A stretch of DNA of 64,000 nucleotides from Acidimicrobiia bacterium (GCA_003231645.1 QIIW01000151.1:8621-72620), one strand, 5' to 3'; positions 8,352 through 18,006 are shown, counted from the first letter of the stretch. Numbers and translations: made by a program. The notes: a model not told the origin generated them from the sequence alone.

Positions 8352-9218
8352 GTGACCGACCGATTCGACACCATCTCTTTTCTGTCCGACTTCGGTCTCA
8401 CCGACGAGTTCGTGGGTGTCGTCCATTCGGTCATCCGCTCGATTGCGCCGCAGGTGACCGTCATCGACATCACCCACGGCATCGCCCCCCACGACACGCG
8501 AGCCGGTGGGCTGGCCCTCGCCCGGTCGGCGAACTATCTCAATCCCGGTGTGGTGCTGGCGGTGGTCGACCCCGGTGTCGGCACGAGCCGCCGCCCGGTC
8601 GCCATCGAAGTCGGCGATGGCATGTCGGTTCTGGTCGGGCCCGACAACGGCCTCCTCGCTCCGGCCGTGGGCATGGTCGGCGGTGCCACCAGGGCGGTCG
8701 AGCTGATGTCCTCCGATCACCGGCTGGTGTCACTCGGCTCGACCTTCGATGCCCGCGACATTTTCGCCCCGGCGGCCGCCCACCTTTGCAACGGGGTGCC
8801 GATCTCCGACCTCGGACCCGAGATCGACCCGGTCACGCTCATCCCCGGGGTGCTCCCCGTGAGCCGCGAGGATCACGGTGCCTTCGTCGGCGAGGTCCTC
8901 TGGATCGACCGGTTCGGCAACTGCCAGATCAACATCGACCCCACTGAGATAGAGACCCTCGGCGACCGACTCCGCCTGTCGATCGGGGACGATCATCGCA
9001 CCGCGGTCCGCTGCGACGCCTACGATCAGATCGCTGCCGGGCGGGTCGGTCTGATCGTCGACTCGAGTGGTCTCATGTCGATCGCGGTTGCCCGTTCGTC
9101 CGCCGCCACCGAACTCGGGCTCAGGGAGGGATCCGAGCTGAGACTGTCGAGATTCGACGACTCCGAGCCATCCGGCATCTCCAGCCCCGTCACGTTGACC
9201 AGGAACAAGGACCGCTGA
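8352..9218 (+). CDS. SAM hydroxide adenosyltransferase (DUF62; chlorinase/fluorinase superfamily)
   Basis: 288 aa. Contains ISFLSDFGLTDEFVGVVHSVI, VLAVVDPGVGT.RR and VGPDNGLL. Confidence 0.85.
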   Translation: MTDRFDTISFLSDFGLTDEFVGVVHSVIRSIAPQVTVIDITHGIAPHDTRAGGLALARSANYLNPGVVLAVVDPGVGTSRRPVAIEVGDGMSVLVGPDNGLLAPAVGMVGGATRAVELMSSDHRLVSLGSTFDARDIFAPAAAHLCNGVPISDLGPEIDPVTLIPGVLPVSREDHGAFVGEVLWIDRFGNCQINIDPTEIETLGDRLRLSIGDDHRTAVRCDAYDQIAAGRVGLIVDSSGLMSIAVARSSAATELGLREGSELRLSRFDDSEPSGISSPVTLTRNKDR

Positions 9219-9307
9219 TGAGGTCAGGCACCACGATCGCGGTTGCGCTGCTGTTGTTCGTGATCCTCTTCGCCGGCGCCCTGCAGTTCTACATCCTCGC
9301 CCGTTGA
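9218..9307 (+). CDS. 29-aa hydrophobic micro-protein, translationally coupled to the DUF62 gene. Not in the ORF track (<60 aa).
   Basis: The ATG overlaps the upstream stop (cTGATGa). Sequence MRSGTTIAVALLLFVILFAGALQFYILAR* forms one TM helix. 26 of 29 sense codons end in G/C. Confidence 0.45.
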   Translation: MRSGTTIAVALLLFVILFAGALQFYILAR

Positions 9308-9361
9308 ACGGGCGTCACCGGCCGTGCCACTCGTCGCACCCCCGAATTCCCCACAGAGAGG

Positions 9362-10234
9362 TCAGGGGTTGCCGGCGATGCGATCTCTGGTGAACCTGGC
9401 GGCGCCGCGCCAGACCAACAACAGACCGATCACCCACACCGCGGCCCCGATGGCGAGCGCCACAGACAAGTCGACGAGCAGCAGGCCCGTGGCCTGGCCG
9501 ACAGCCAGGAAGATCAGCGGCAGGATCACCGCGCCGCCGAGCTGGTTGGCCTCCTGGGTGGTGCGCGAACGCGCCGATACGCGCACCATGATGCCGAGAC
9601 CGAGCGTAGCCACGGCCGGGGCCACCCAGAAGATGACCACCAGCCACAGTCCGTTGGGCACTATCAGCCCGTCGACGATTCCCCACGATACGCCGTTGGC
9701 GACGATCGCAAACGCCGTGAATCCGATCCACGAGACGGCCACCGCCGGGAGGAAACCGGTGAGGAACTTGGCGATGAACAGGTCGCGATCGGTGATCGGG
9801 AGATGCAGCAGCGTCTCCATCGTGTGGCGCTCCTTTTCGCCGGCGAATGCATCGGCGGCCAACACCGCGGACACCATCAGCGGGACGATCAGGAAAAGGG
9901 GCGCGAGAAAGTAGCCGAGCACGAGTGTGAGGAGCTGCTGATCTGGTGGGAGGTTGGCGATCGGGTCGGCGAGTGCGGCGGGCAGCGAGTCGATGAAGCT
10001 GATCGTGCCGTTGGGACTCGACGCCTGCCGGGCGGCCAGGCCCACCAGAAGAGGAAGCACCACCAAAAGCAGGAACGGCACCAGCATCATCGGGACCACC
10101 ACGGCCTTGGATCGGCGCACGGCACGCAGGTCACGGGCGATCACCGCACTCACCACCGGCCAGTCGACCCCGAACGGGCGGCTCGATCGCCCAACCGGTC
10201 GCGTGGGGGCCGCCAGGGGAGTGCCGATGGTCAC
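9362..10234 (-). CDS. ABC-2-type transporter permease
   Basis: 290 aa, about 6 TM. The start overlaps the stop of the upstream ATPase gene (4 nt). Confidence 0.85.
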   Translation of the reverse strand: MTIGTPLAAPTRPVGRSSRPFGVDWPVVSAVIARDLRAVRRSKAVVVPMMLVPFLLLVVLPLLVGLAARQASSPNGTISFIDSLPAALADPIANLPPDQQLLTLVLGYFLAPLFLIVPLMVSAVLAADAFAGEKERHTMETLLHLPITDRDLFIAKFLTGFLPAVAVSWIGFTAFAIVANGVSWGIVDGLIVPNGLWLVVIFWVAPAVATLGLGIMVRVSARSRTTQEANQLGGAVILPLIFLAVGQATGLLLVDLSVALAIGAAVWVIGLLLVWRGAARFTRDRIAGNP

Positions 10235-11181
10235 GGAGCGACTCGTTGCAACGACGAATCCTCGAGGGCGAAGTAAACGTCTTCCATCGACGCGCGGCGT
10301 ATCGAGGCTCCGTAGACGGACGTCCCTGCCGCGGCCAACGCGGCCAGGACCCGTGCCATTGCCTCGCGGTCGTGCAGGGCGACGGTCAGGCCGGTGGCGC
10401 CTGCTTCGAGGCCGGCGACCCCCTCGACCTGCCCCACGATCGACATGGTGGCGTCGGTGGCCGGCTCACCGAGGTCGATCTCGGCCGGGGTGCCATCCCA
10501 GAGTTCAGCGGCAAGATCCTCGGGGCGGCCGATGGCCAGCAGTCGACCGTGGTCGAGCACGGCCATCCGGTCGGCGATGCGGCCGGCCTCTCCGAGGAAG
10601 TGAGTGGCGAGCAACACGGTGCGGCCGTGTTCGCGGGCCAACGATCCGATCAGGTCGGTGACGTCACGCGTGGCCGCGGGATCGAGTCCTGAAGTCGGCT
10701 CGTCGAGGAAGAGGATCTCCGGGTCGTGCAGCAGCGAGCGAGCCAAGGCCAACCGCTTCTTCTGCCCGGTCGAGAATCCGACGGTGCGGTACTCCGCCAT
10801 TGATTGCATCCCGAACCGGTCGAGCTGGGTGTCGACCCGGAGGCGGGCCTCGGCTACCGTGAAGCCCCTCATTCGAGCGGTGAACTCGAGGTTTTCGCGT
10901 GCCGTCAGCCGATCGTCGAGTCCGGCGGCCTCGGTGAGTACGCCGGTGCGTCGCCTGACCTCGTCGCCATCGACGTTCGGGTCCATCCCGAGCACGGTCG
11001 CTCCGCCGCTGTCAGGTGTGAGCACCCCGTTGAGCAGGCGGACGGTGGTGGTCTTGCCGGCACCGTTGGGCCCAAGCAGGGCCAGTACCTCGCCGGCCTG
11101 AACCTCGAGGTCGAGGGAATCGACCGCCACGCAACCGTCGAAGGAACGGCTCAGACCGCTCGTGATGATCGCCGCGCTCAC
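10231..11181 (-). CDS. ABC transporter ATP-binding protein
   Basis: Walker A GPNGAGKTT, signature FSTGQKKRL, Walker B ILFLDEPTSGLD. Confidence 0.93.
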   Translation of the reverse strand: MSAAIITSGLSRSFDGCVAVDSLDLEVQAGEVLALLGPNGAGKTTTVRLLNGVLTPDSGGATVLGMDPNVDGDEVRRRTGVLTEAAGLDDRLTARENLEFTARMRGFTVAEARLRVDTQLDRFGMQSMAEYRTVGFSTGQKKRLALARSLLHDPEILFLDEPTSGLDPAATRDVTDLIGSLAREHGRTVLLATHFLGEAGRIADRMAVLDHGRLLAIGRPEDLAAELWDGTPAEIDLGEPATDATMSIVGQVEGVAGLEAGATGLTVALHDREAMARVLAALAAAGTSVYGASIRRASMEDVYFALEDSSLQRVAP

Positions 11182-11182
11182 G

Positions 11183-11863
11183 CTAGGTGCCGACCAGATC
11201 GGCCAGGTTGACGAGTTCGATGATTCGCTCCGGCCGGACCGTCGGCGGTGGCAGCGGAGCGAGGGTCGTGGTGGTCGTCGATTGCGGTGCGGTCGGCACA
11301 GGAGCCGGCGGCGCAGTCGTCACCGGCGGATGAGTGGGGGTGGGAGGAGGAGCGGGCGGTGGGGCCGCCGGCAACTGGAGGAAACGGTGGGTCGTGTAGA
11401 GAGCGTTGTCCCTCCACACGACACCCACACCAATCTGGGTGAACGCCGGATCGACGATGTTGGCGTAGTGACCCGGGCTGGCTACGAATGCGTCGACGAG
11501 CACCTGGACACTGGCGCCGACACCGACGTTCTCGCCGAGTTTGGCCCAGGGTCCCGTGAAGCCGGCACTGATCGGATCACCGTGGAAGATCTTGCCGGCG
11601 TCGGCCATTTCCTGGGAGTGTTGGCGCGCCAGCGCCGCCAGCTCGGTGTTCACGGTGAGTGCCGGTAGGCCGACCCCCGCTCGTACCTGGTTGAGCGCGG
11701 CCACGAATTGTGCCTCCTCGTCGGGCGTGGCCGCAGCCGGACGGGTCGGCTGTGCGGTCATGGTCACGATCAGAGCGATGATCAGGAGCAGCCCGAAGGC
11801 ACCATGCCACTGTCCGTGAAGTCTCGAAGCCGGATGATCATCTGTGTCGGGGGCGCGATCCAT
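11183..11863 (-). CDS. membrane-anchored or secreted CAP/SCP-domain protein with a Pro-rich C-terminal region
   Basis: An N-terminal TM segment, then FVAALNQVRAGVGLPAL....LA.LARQHSQEM and SPGHYANIVDPAFTQIGVGV, then a PAPPPTPTHPP tract. It lies 1 nt upstream of the ABC ATPase gene. Confidence 0.78.
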   Translation of the reverse strand: MDRAPDTDDHPASRLHGQWHGAFGLLLIIALIVTMTAQPTRPAAATPDEEAQFVAALNQVRAGVGLPALTVNTELAALARQHSQEMADAGKIFHGDPISAGFTGPWAKLGENVGVGASVQVLVDAFVASPGHYANIVDPAFTQIGVGVVWRDNALYTTHRFLQLPAAPPPAPPPTPTHPPVTTAPPAPVPTAPQSTTTTTLAPLPPPTVRPERIIELVNLADLVGT

Positions 11864-11950
11864 GACTGATCTCCAGTCGGCCGCATCAGGTGAATCCTTG
11901 AGGTCGTTGTCTCAAGTCGGCCAACTCCGTGCCATCATCACTCCGATGGG

Positions 11951-13468
11951 ATGCCGGTCGATGGGACAGATGTGAATCTTGCGACGATGATCGACGATCA
12001 CCCCGACGACCACACGGCGGTCGTGTCGGGGGGGGACCGCATCTCCTATGGCCGTCTACGCCGTGAGATCGCCGCCACTCGGGGCGCACTCGCTTCCCTC
12101 GGGCTGGACGAGGGCGACCGGGTGGCGATCCTCTGCGGTACCAACGCCCGCTTCGTTCGCTCCTGGCTGGCGATCATTGGTTGTGGCTACGTCGGCGTGC
12201 CACTCAATCCCCAGAGTCCCGCGGCCGAGATCCAACGTGAACTCCAGGAGGTCGGTGCCGCCGCGGTCATCGTCGGACCGGCCGGAGTGCTGCCGCTTTC
12301 GCAGATCGACCGGGCGGCAGTGCCGTCACTGCGATTCCTTCTCACTCCCACCCGTCGGGAAATCGACTCGAGCATCGATTTCGACGAGCTCGTCAAGAAC
12401 GCCGAAGCCGTCCCGATCGTCCCGCGGGTCGACGACGACCTCGCCGCGTTGCTCTTCACCAGCGGCACTGCCGGCATCCCCAAGGCGGCCATGCTCACCC
12501 ACGGCAATCTGGCTGCCAATCTCCACCAGGTGCAGAACGCACCGGTGCGTTGCACCCGGCCCGACGATGTCACGCTCTGTGTGGTTCCTCTGTTTCACGT
12601 GCTGGGTCTCAACTCGATCCTCGATCTGGCTCTCTACGCGGGGGCCACGATCATCCTCATCGAACGGTTCGATCCGGTGTCGATGCTCGAGATGGTCGCC
12701 GATGAGCAGGCCAGCATCCTCGTGGGACCGCCGACGATGTGGGCCGCGCTGAGCCAAATCGAGAACCCGCCGCCCGATGCCATGCTCAGCGTCCGTCTCG
12801 CCGTATCCGGGGCGGCTCCGATCCCAGCCAGGGTCGTCCGCAACTGCCACGACAGCCTCGGAGTCGACATCGCCGAGGGTTACGGGCTCACCGAGGCCAG
12901 CCCGAGTGTTTCCCTGTCGGCCGGCACCGGAGCTCCGGTCGGTTCGATCGGCCGTCCGATTCCCGGCATCGAGATGCGGCTGGTCGATGCCGACGGCGAC
13001 GACGTCTACATTGGCGACGCCGGCGAGATCATCGTGCGCGGTGACAACGTTTTCCCGGGCTACTGGCAGGACCCCGAAGCGACCGCCCGGGTACTCGACC
13101 CCGACGGCTGGCTCCACACCGGTGATCTTGCTGTCGTCAACGACGATGGCTACCTGTTCATCGTCGACCGGGCCAAGGACCTCATAATCGTGTCGGGTTT
13201 CAACGTCTACCCGGCCGAGGTCGAGCGGGTGCTCGTCACCCACCCGGCGGTGGCGGAGGCGGCCGTGGTGGGCGTTGCCCATCCCCACACCGGCGAGGCC
13301 GTGAAGGCCTACGTCGTGCCCCGCGCCGGCCGCACAATTGAAGAGGATGACCTGATCGACTGGTGCGCCACCGAACTGGCGCGCTACAAGTGCCCCTCCA
13401 AGATCGACGAGGTCGATGAACTCCCTCACGGGCTCGGTGGCAAGGTTCTGCGCCGCCAGCTCGACTGA
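11951..13468 (+). CDS. fadD: long-chain fatty-acid--CoA ligase (AMP-binding enzyme)
   Basis: Contains LLFTSGTAGIPKAAMLTHGNL, EGYGLTE, TGDL...DDGYLFIVDRAKD and a C-terminal GK motif. Confidence 0.9.
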   Translation: MPVDGTDVNLATMIDDHPDDHTAVVSGGDRISYGRLRREIAATRGALASLGLDEGDRVAILCGTNARFVRSWLAIIGCGYVGVPLNPQSPAAEIQRELQEVGAAAVIVGPAGVLPLSQIDRAAVPSLRFLLTPTRREIDSSIDFDELVKNAEAVPIVPRVDDDLAALLFTSGTAGIPKAAMLTHGNLAANLHQVQNAPVRCTRPDDVTLCVVPLFHVLGLNSILDLALYAGATIILIERFDPVSMLEMVADEQASILVGPPTMWAALSQIENPPPDAMLSVRLAVSGAAPIPARVVRNCHDSLGVDIAEGYGLTEASPSVSLSAGTGAPVGSIGRPIPGIEMRLVDADGDDVYIGDAGEIIVRGDNVFPGYWQDPEATARVLDPDGWLHTGDLAVVNDDGYLFIVDRAKDLIIVSGFNVYPAEVERVLVTHPAVAEAAVVGVAHPHTGEAVKAYVVPRAGRTIEEDDLIDWCATELARYKCPSKIDEVDELPHGLGGKVLRRQLD

Positions 13469-13508
13469 GGCCGCCACCATCGGCAAGAGACCGCACCTGC
13501 CCGAAAGT

Positions 13509-13526
13509 TTGTGAAATCGCTCACTA
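13509..13526 (+). promoter_or_regulatory. candidate Rex operator (ROP) upstream of rex
   Basis: TTGTGAAATCGCTCACTA compared with the consensus TTGTGAA-N4-TTCACAA: 12 of 14 defined positions match. It lies 19 nt before the rex start. Confidence 0.55.
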
Positions 13527-13544
13527 ACTCCGTACGGTGGTTGG

Positions 13545-14186
13545 ATGCAGAGTTACGGCCACATTCCCGAAGCCACCGTCGCCCGACTTCCGATCTACCT
13601 GCGCGCCCTGGTCGACCTGGCATCGACCGGCGCATCGACCATCTCTTCCGAGGAGCTCGCCGAGTTGTCGGGGGTCAACGCACCGAAGCTCCGCAAGGAT
13701 CTCAGCTACCTGGGTACCTACGGCACGCGGGGCGTCGGCTACGACATCGACTACCTCCGATTCGAGGTCAGCAGCGCTCTCGGTCTGGGAAACACCTGGC
13801 CCGTTGTGGTCTGCGGTTTCGGCAACCTCGGCCGGGCCCTCGCCAACCACACGGGATTCACCCAACGGGGCTTCCCCATCCTCGCCGCCATCGACACCGA
13901 CCCGACGAAGATAGGCCACACCTTCGACGGCGTTCCCGTACACGCACCGGGGGAGATGCCTGCGGTCGTGACCGGCCACGGGATCGCCATCGGAGTCATC
14001 TGCACCCCGGTCGGAGCCTCACAAGGGGCCGCCGACCGGCTGGTGGCCGCCGGCGTTCGTTCGATTCTGAGCTTCTCGCCGATCGTTCTCACCGTTCCCG
14101 ACGATGTCGATCTCCGTTCGGTCGACCTCTCGACACAGCTACAGATCCTCGGCTTCCACCTGCAGGAATCCGCTGACGACGAGTGA
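13545..14186 (+). CDS. rex: redox-sensing transcriptional repressor Rex
   Basis: Contains ATVARLPIYLRAL, the winged-helix segment SSEELAELSGVNAPKLRKDLSYLG and the Rossmann motif GFGNLGRAL. Confidence 0.92.
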   Translation: MQSYGHIPEATVARLPIYLRALVDLASTGASTISSEELAELSGVNAPKLRKDLSYLGTYGTRGVGYDIDYLRFEVSSALGLGNTWPVVVCGFGNLGRALANHTGFTQRGFPILAAIDTDPTKIGHTFDGVPVHAPGEMPAVVTGHGIAIGVICTPVGASQGAADRLVAAGVRSILSFSPIVLTVPDDVDLRSVDLSTQLQILGFHLQESADDE

Positions 14187-14363
14187 CGTACAACGCGACC
14201 GAATTCCCACTGCCTGGTCAGGCGGGTACCCTTCCGCAAGGTTTTTCGACTAGAAACGGCCTGTGGGACCAACGGCTCTACTGGCAGGCCGAATCCGCCC
14301 GCAGACTTTCATTTGTCATAGCCCGTACCCCTCCTCGGGCTCCGCAATTCCAAGGACTCTCCC

Positions 14364-15623
14364 GTGTCCATAGTCGCCATCGGTTGCAACCACAGATCGA
14401 CGCCCCTGTCGACCCTGGAGCAACTGACGGTGCCGGCGGAGAAACTGCCCAAGGCACTCTCCGAGCTCAAGTCGGCCCGCCACCTCTCCGAGGTCGTCAT
14501 CCTCTCGACCTGCAACCGCATCGAGATCTACGCCCTCGCCGAGCGCTATCACGGCGGCTACCAGGACATCCGCGAGTTCCTCGCGATGCACTCCGGGCTG
14601 CCGCCCGAAGTAGTGGCCGACCACATCTACGCCCACCACGACGAGGAGGCCGTCAGGCACCTGTTCTCGGTGGCCGGCGGCCTCGATTCGGCGGTTCTCG
14701 GTGAACACGAGATTCTCGGCCAGGTCCGCACCGCCTGGGAACGAGCTCGTGATGAGGGCACCGTCGGTTCGATCCTCGGTCCGTTGTTTCGTCACGCTCT
14801 CGAAACCGGCAAGCGTGCCCGCACCGAGACGGCGATCGCCCGTGGCATCGCATCGGTGTCCCAGGCCGCGGTCGCCATGGCCGGCGACCACACCGACGGC
14901 CTCGTCGGTAGCAGCGTTCTCGTGGTCGGTGCCGGCGACATGGGCGAGGGCACCGTCAAGAATCTCGCCAAGGCCGGCGCGGCGGAGGTGCTGGTGGTCA
15001 ACCGCACCTGGGAGCGGGCCGAGAAGTTGGCCGCCGCGTGCGGCGGTCGGGCCGTTCCCCTCGCCGAGCTGCCCGAAGTTCTCGTCAAGGTCGACCTCGT
15101 GGTCACCACCACCGGGGCCCAGGATCTCATTCTCGAAGCGAGCCAGGTCGGCACCCTGGTTGAGCGCCGCGGCGATCACCCGCTCGTGATCGTCGACGTG
15201 GCCGTCCCCCGCGATGTCGACCCGGCCGTGCGCGACATCCCTGGTATCACCCTCCTCGACATGGACGACATCGGAGCCTTCGTCGATGAGCAGTGCACCG
15301 GCCGCACCCGTGCCGTCGCCAACGTCACTGCGATCGTCGACGACGAGGTCGAGCGCTACCGCTCCATCACCTCGGCCCGCGAGGTCGCTCCGTTGGTCAG
15401 CGACCTGCGTCGCATGGCCGAGGAGGTCCGCCGCCAGGAGATGCGCCGCTACGCGGCCAAGCTCGTCGACCTCGATCCCAAGGAGCGTGACGCGGTCGAG
15501 TCGATCACCAAGGGCATGGTCAACAAGCTGCTCCACGAGCCCACCGTTCGGCTCAAGGATGCGGCCGGTCACGCCAGGGGCGAGCGCCTCGCCGATTCCC
15601 TGCGCGACCTGTTCGACCTCTGA
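14364..15623 (+). CDS. hemA: glutamyl-tRNA reductase
   Basis: Contains IGCNHRSTP, STCNRIEIYA and the NADPH site VVGAGDMGE. Confidence 0.95.
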   Translation: MSIVAIGCNHRSTPLSTLEQLTVPAEKLPKALSELKSARHLSEVVILSTCNRIEIYALAERYHGGYQDIREFLAMHSGLPPEVVADHIYAHHDEEAVRHLFSVAGGLDSAVLGEHEILGQVRTAWERARDEGTVGSILGPLFRHALETGKRARTETAIARGIASVSQAAVAMAGDHTDGLVGSSVLVVGAGDMGEGTVKNLAKAGAAEVLVVNRTWERAEKLAAACGGRAVPLAELPEVLVKVDLVVTTTGAQDLILEASQVGTLVERRGDHPLVIVDVAVPRDVDPAVRDIPGITLLDMDDIGAFVDEQCTGRTRAVANVTAIVDDEVERYRSITSAREVAPLVSDLRRMAEEVRRQEMRRYAAKLVDLDPKERDAVESITKGMVNKLLHEPTVRLKDAAGHARGERLADSLRDLFDL

Positions 15624-15631
15624 GCCCGACC

Positions 15632-16531
15632 ATGGCCCTGCGAGCGGCAACGCGGGGTAGTGCCCTCGCACTGTGGCAGACCCGCCACGTGGCCGGACTT
15701 CTGGCTGTGATCGACAACCCGGTTGCCCTCGAAGATGTCGTGGTGTCCACCGCTGGCGATCGACGTACCGACGTGCCCATCCACACCATGGGTGGCAAGG
15801 GCATCTTCGTGAAGGAGATCCAGGCCGCGGTTCTCGATGGACGCGCCGACATGGCGGTTCACTCGGGCAAGGACATGCCGGCGGTGTCACCGGACGGTCT
15901 GGTGCTCGCCGCCGTGCCCGAACGGGCTGATGCGCGTGACGCCCTCGTCGGATGTCGGTTCGACGATTTGGGGGTCGGCGCCCGCATCGGCACCGGATCG
16001 GTCCGCCGCCGGGCCCAGTTGGCCTGGCACCGCCCCGACCTGGTGTTCGCCGAGATCAGGGGCAACATCGCCACTCGGCTCTCGAGGGTCGCTGATTTCG
16101 ACGGCATCGTCATGGCCGCCGCGGCGCTCGACCGGCTGGGTGAGACCCCCGATGTGGTCGACCGTCTCGATCCATCGATCCTCGTCCCCCAGGTCGCCCA
16201 GGGCGCGCTCACCGTCGAGTGCCGGGTCGACGACGACTCCACCCGTGAACTGTTGGCCGCGATCGAGCACGCGCCCACGCGCCGTGTGGTCGACGCCGAG
16301 CGGTCGTTCCTCGCCGAGCTGGGTGGCGACTGTTCACTTCCGGCCGGCGCCCACGCCGTGCTTGTCGGCCACGACGAGATTGAGCTCACCGCGATGCTTT
16401 CGACCCTCGATGGACGGGTACTGATTCGCGAGCGCCGAACCGGCATCGACCCGGACCTGCTCGGGCGGTCGGTGGCCCGGTACCTGCTCGACGAATGCGG
16501 CGGCTCAGACCTGCTGTCGGATCTGCGATGA
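15632..16531 (+). CDS. hemC: hydroxymethylbilane synthase (porphobilinogen deaminase)
   Basis: Contains ATRGSALALWQT, GKGIFVKEIQ, IRGNI.TRL and GGDCSLP. Confidence 0.95.
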   Translation: MALRAATRGSALALWQTRHVAGLLAVIDNPVALEDVVVSTAGDRRTDVPIHTMGGKGIFVKEIQAAVLDGRADMAVHSGKDMPAVSPDGLVLAAVPERADARDALVGCRFDDLGVGARIGTGSVRRRAQLAWHRPDLVFAEIRGNIATRLSRVADFDGIVMAAAALDRLGETPDVVDRLDPSILVPQVAQGALTVECRVDDDSTRELLAAIEHAPTRRVVDAERSFLAELGGDCSLPAGAHAVLVGHDEIELTAMLSTLDGRVLIRERRTGIDPDLLGRSVARYLLDECGGSDLLSDLR

Positions 16532-17280
16532 CCGCCGGGTCTCTGTCGGGCCGGTGCGTGGTTGTGACTCGCCCGCGCCATCAGGCCAAGCCGCTGATCG
16601 ATGCACTGGAGGCGGCTGGTGCCCAAGCGGTGACGGTGCCGGTCATCGCGATCGACGATCCGGCCGACGGTGGAGACGCTCTTCGGGCGGGCCTCATCGC
16701 CCTCCGGCCGGGTGACTGGCTGATCGTCACCAGCCCCAACGGTGCGGAACGGGTCGGCAGGGCGGTTGCCGATTCGCCTTTGACGAACGGCGTGCGGGTC
16801 GCCGCCATCGGGCCCGGCACGAGCCGCGCCGCCAACGAGGCCGGCCTCGACGTCGATCTGGTTCCCGGGCGGTCGATCGCCGAGGGTCTGCTCGAGGTGT
16901 TTCCCGAACCGCCCCAGGTCGGCGGTCTGGTGATGCTGGCCCGCGCCGAGGTGGCCCGCGACACGTTGCCCGACGGGCTCGCGGCCAAGGGTTGGGTGGT
17001 CGACGACGTGGCCGCCTACCGCACCATGGGCCTGCCCGTCGACGAGGCCGCCCGGGCGGCATGCCGTGACGCCGACGCCGTGGTGTTCACCTCGTCGTCG
17101 ACCGTCACCCGCTTGGTCGAAGCGGTGGGGGTCGATGGTCTGCCCTCCTTGGTGGCCTCGATCGGGCCGGTCACATCGGCCACTGCCCGTGAACTGGGAA
17201 TTCGGGTGACGGTGGAGGCACGGGTGCACACCATCACCGGTCTGGTCGACGCCCTCGTCGATCACGTCACCTCCGGATGA
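16528..17280 (+). CDS. hemD: uroporphyrinogen-III synthase
   Basis: ATG 16528 overlaps the hemC stop (ATGA). VVVTRPRHQA....L...GA and an HemD-like two-lobe pattern. Not fused to a methyltransferase. Confidence 0.86.
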   Translation: MTAGSLSGRCVVVTRPRHQAKPLIDALEAAGAQAVTVPVIAIDDPADGGDALRAGLIALRPGDWLIVTSPNGAERVGRAVADSPLTNGVRVAAIGPGTSRAANEAGLDVDLVPGRSIAEGLLEVFPEPPQVGGLVMLARAEVARDTLPDGLAAKGWVVDDVAAYRTMGLPVDEAARAACRDADAVVFTSSSTVTRLVEAVGVDGLPSLVASIGPVTSATARELGIRVTVEARVHTITGLVDALVDHVTSG

Positions 17281-17954
17281 GCCTTCCCCTCATGATCGCC
17301 GTACCCGCCGCACTGATCCTCGACTTCGACGGCACCCTGGTCGACACCGAATGGCCGACCTACGAGATGGTCCGTGGCGTCTACCGCTCCCACGGTGCCG
17401 ACCTCGCCATCGCCGACTGGGTCGACCGGCTCGGTCGGGCCGATCATCGCCCCTGGGTGGATGATCTGGCCGAACTGATCGGTGGTGAACCCGACGTCGA
17501 GGTGGTGGAGCGAGCCGAATCCGAAGGGCGGGCCGTGTACGCCACGCTCTCGCTGCTTCCCGGTGTGGTCGAGTTGATGGACGCCGCCGACCGGGCCGAC
17601 ATGGCGATGGCGGTGGCCAGCAGTTCTCCGTCGAGATGGGTCGATTCCCATCTCGACCGGTTGGGCATCGCCGACCGGTTCGCGGCGGTGCGGACCCGTG
17701 ACCACGTCGACCGGACCAAACCCGATCCCGACCTGTTTCTCGCTGCCGCCGCGGCCCTTGACATCGACCCGGCTCAGGCGGTGGTCATCGAAGACTCCCG
17801 CCATGGTTGTCGCGCCGCGAAGTCGGCCGGCATGACCTGTGTCGTGGTGCCCAACCCGATCACCCGCCATGATCTTCCCGGTGACGCCGACCTGATCATC
17901 GACTCCCTGGTCGACTTCCCGTACGACCGTTTCGGTATGGGCCGCGCCCGCTGA
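17277..17954 (+). CDS. HAD-IA family hydrolase
   Basis: LILDFDGTLVDTE (DxDGT), S-S, K..PDP and EDS..G motifs. ATGA overlap with hemD. Confidence 0.88.
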   Translation: MSLPLMIAVPAALILDFDGTLVDTEWPTYEMVRGVYRSHGADLAIADWVDRLGRADHRPWVDDLAELIGGEPDVEVVERAESEGRAVYATLSLLPGVVELMDAADRADMAMAVASSSPSRWVDSHLDRLGIADRFAAVRTRDHVDRTKPDPDLFLAAAAALDIDPAQAVVIEDSRHGCRAAKSAGMTCVVVPNPITRHDLPGDADLIIDSLVDFPYDRFGMGRAR

Positions 17955-18006
17955 CCCCCCTCCGGATCGACTGGCTGGAGGCTTCGGGCCGTGTAAGAAT
18001 CCGTGC

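Noticed and set aside
14316-17265. Very long minus-strand ORFs (524 and 468 aa) opposite hemA/hemC/hemD. Similar ones lie opposite nuoF/G/L/M/N, nuoL2, pgi and others.
   Set aside because: All are antisense or off-frame to genes with strong family motifs. They have R/G/P/D-rich composition with no motifs, and arise from stop-codon scarcity at high GC.
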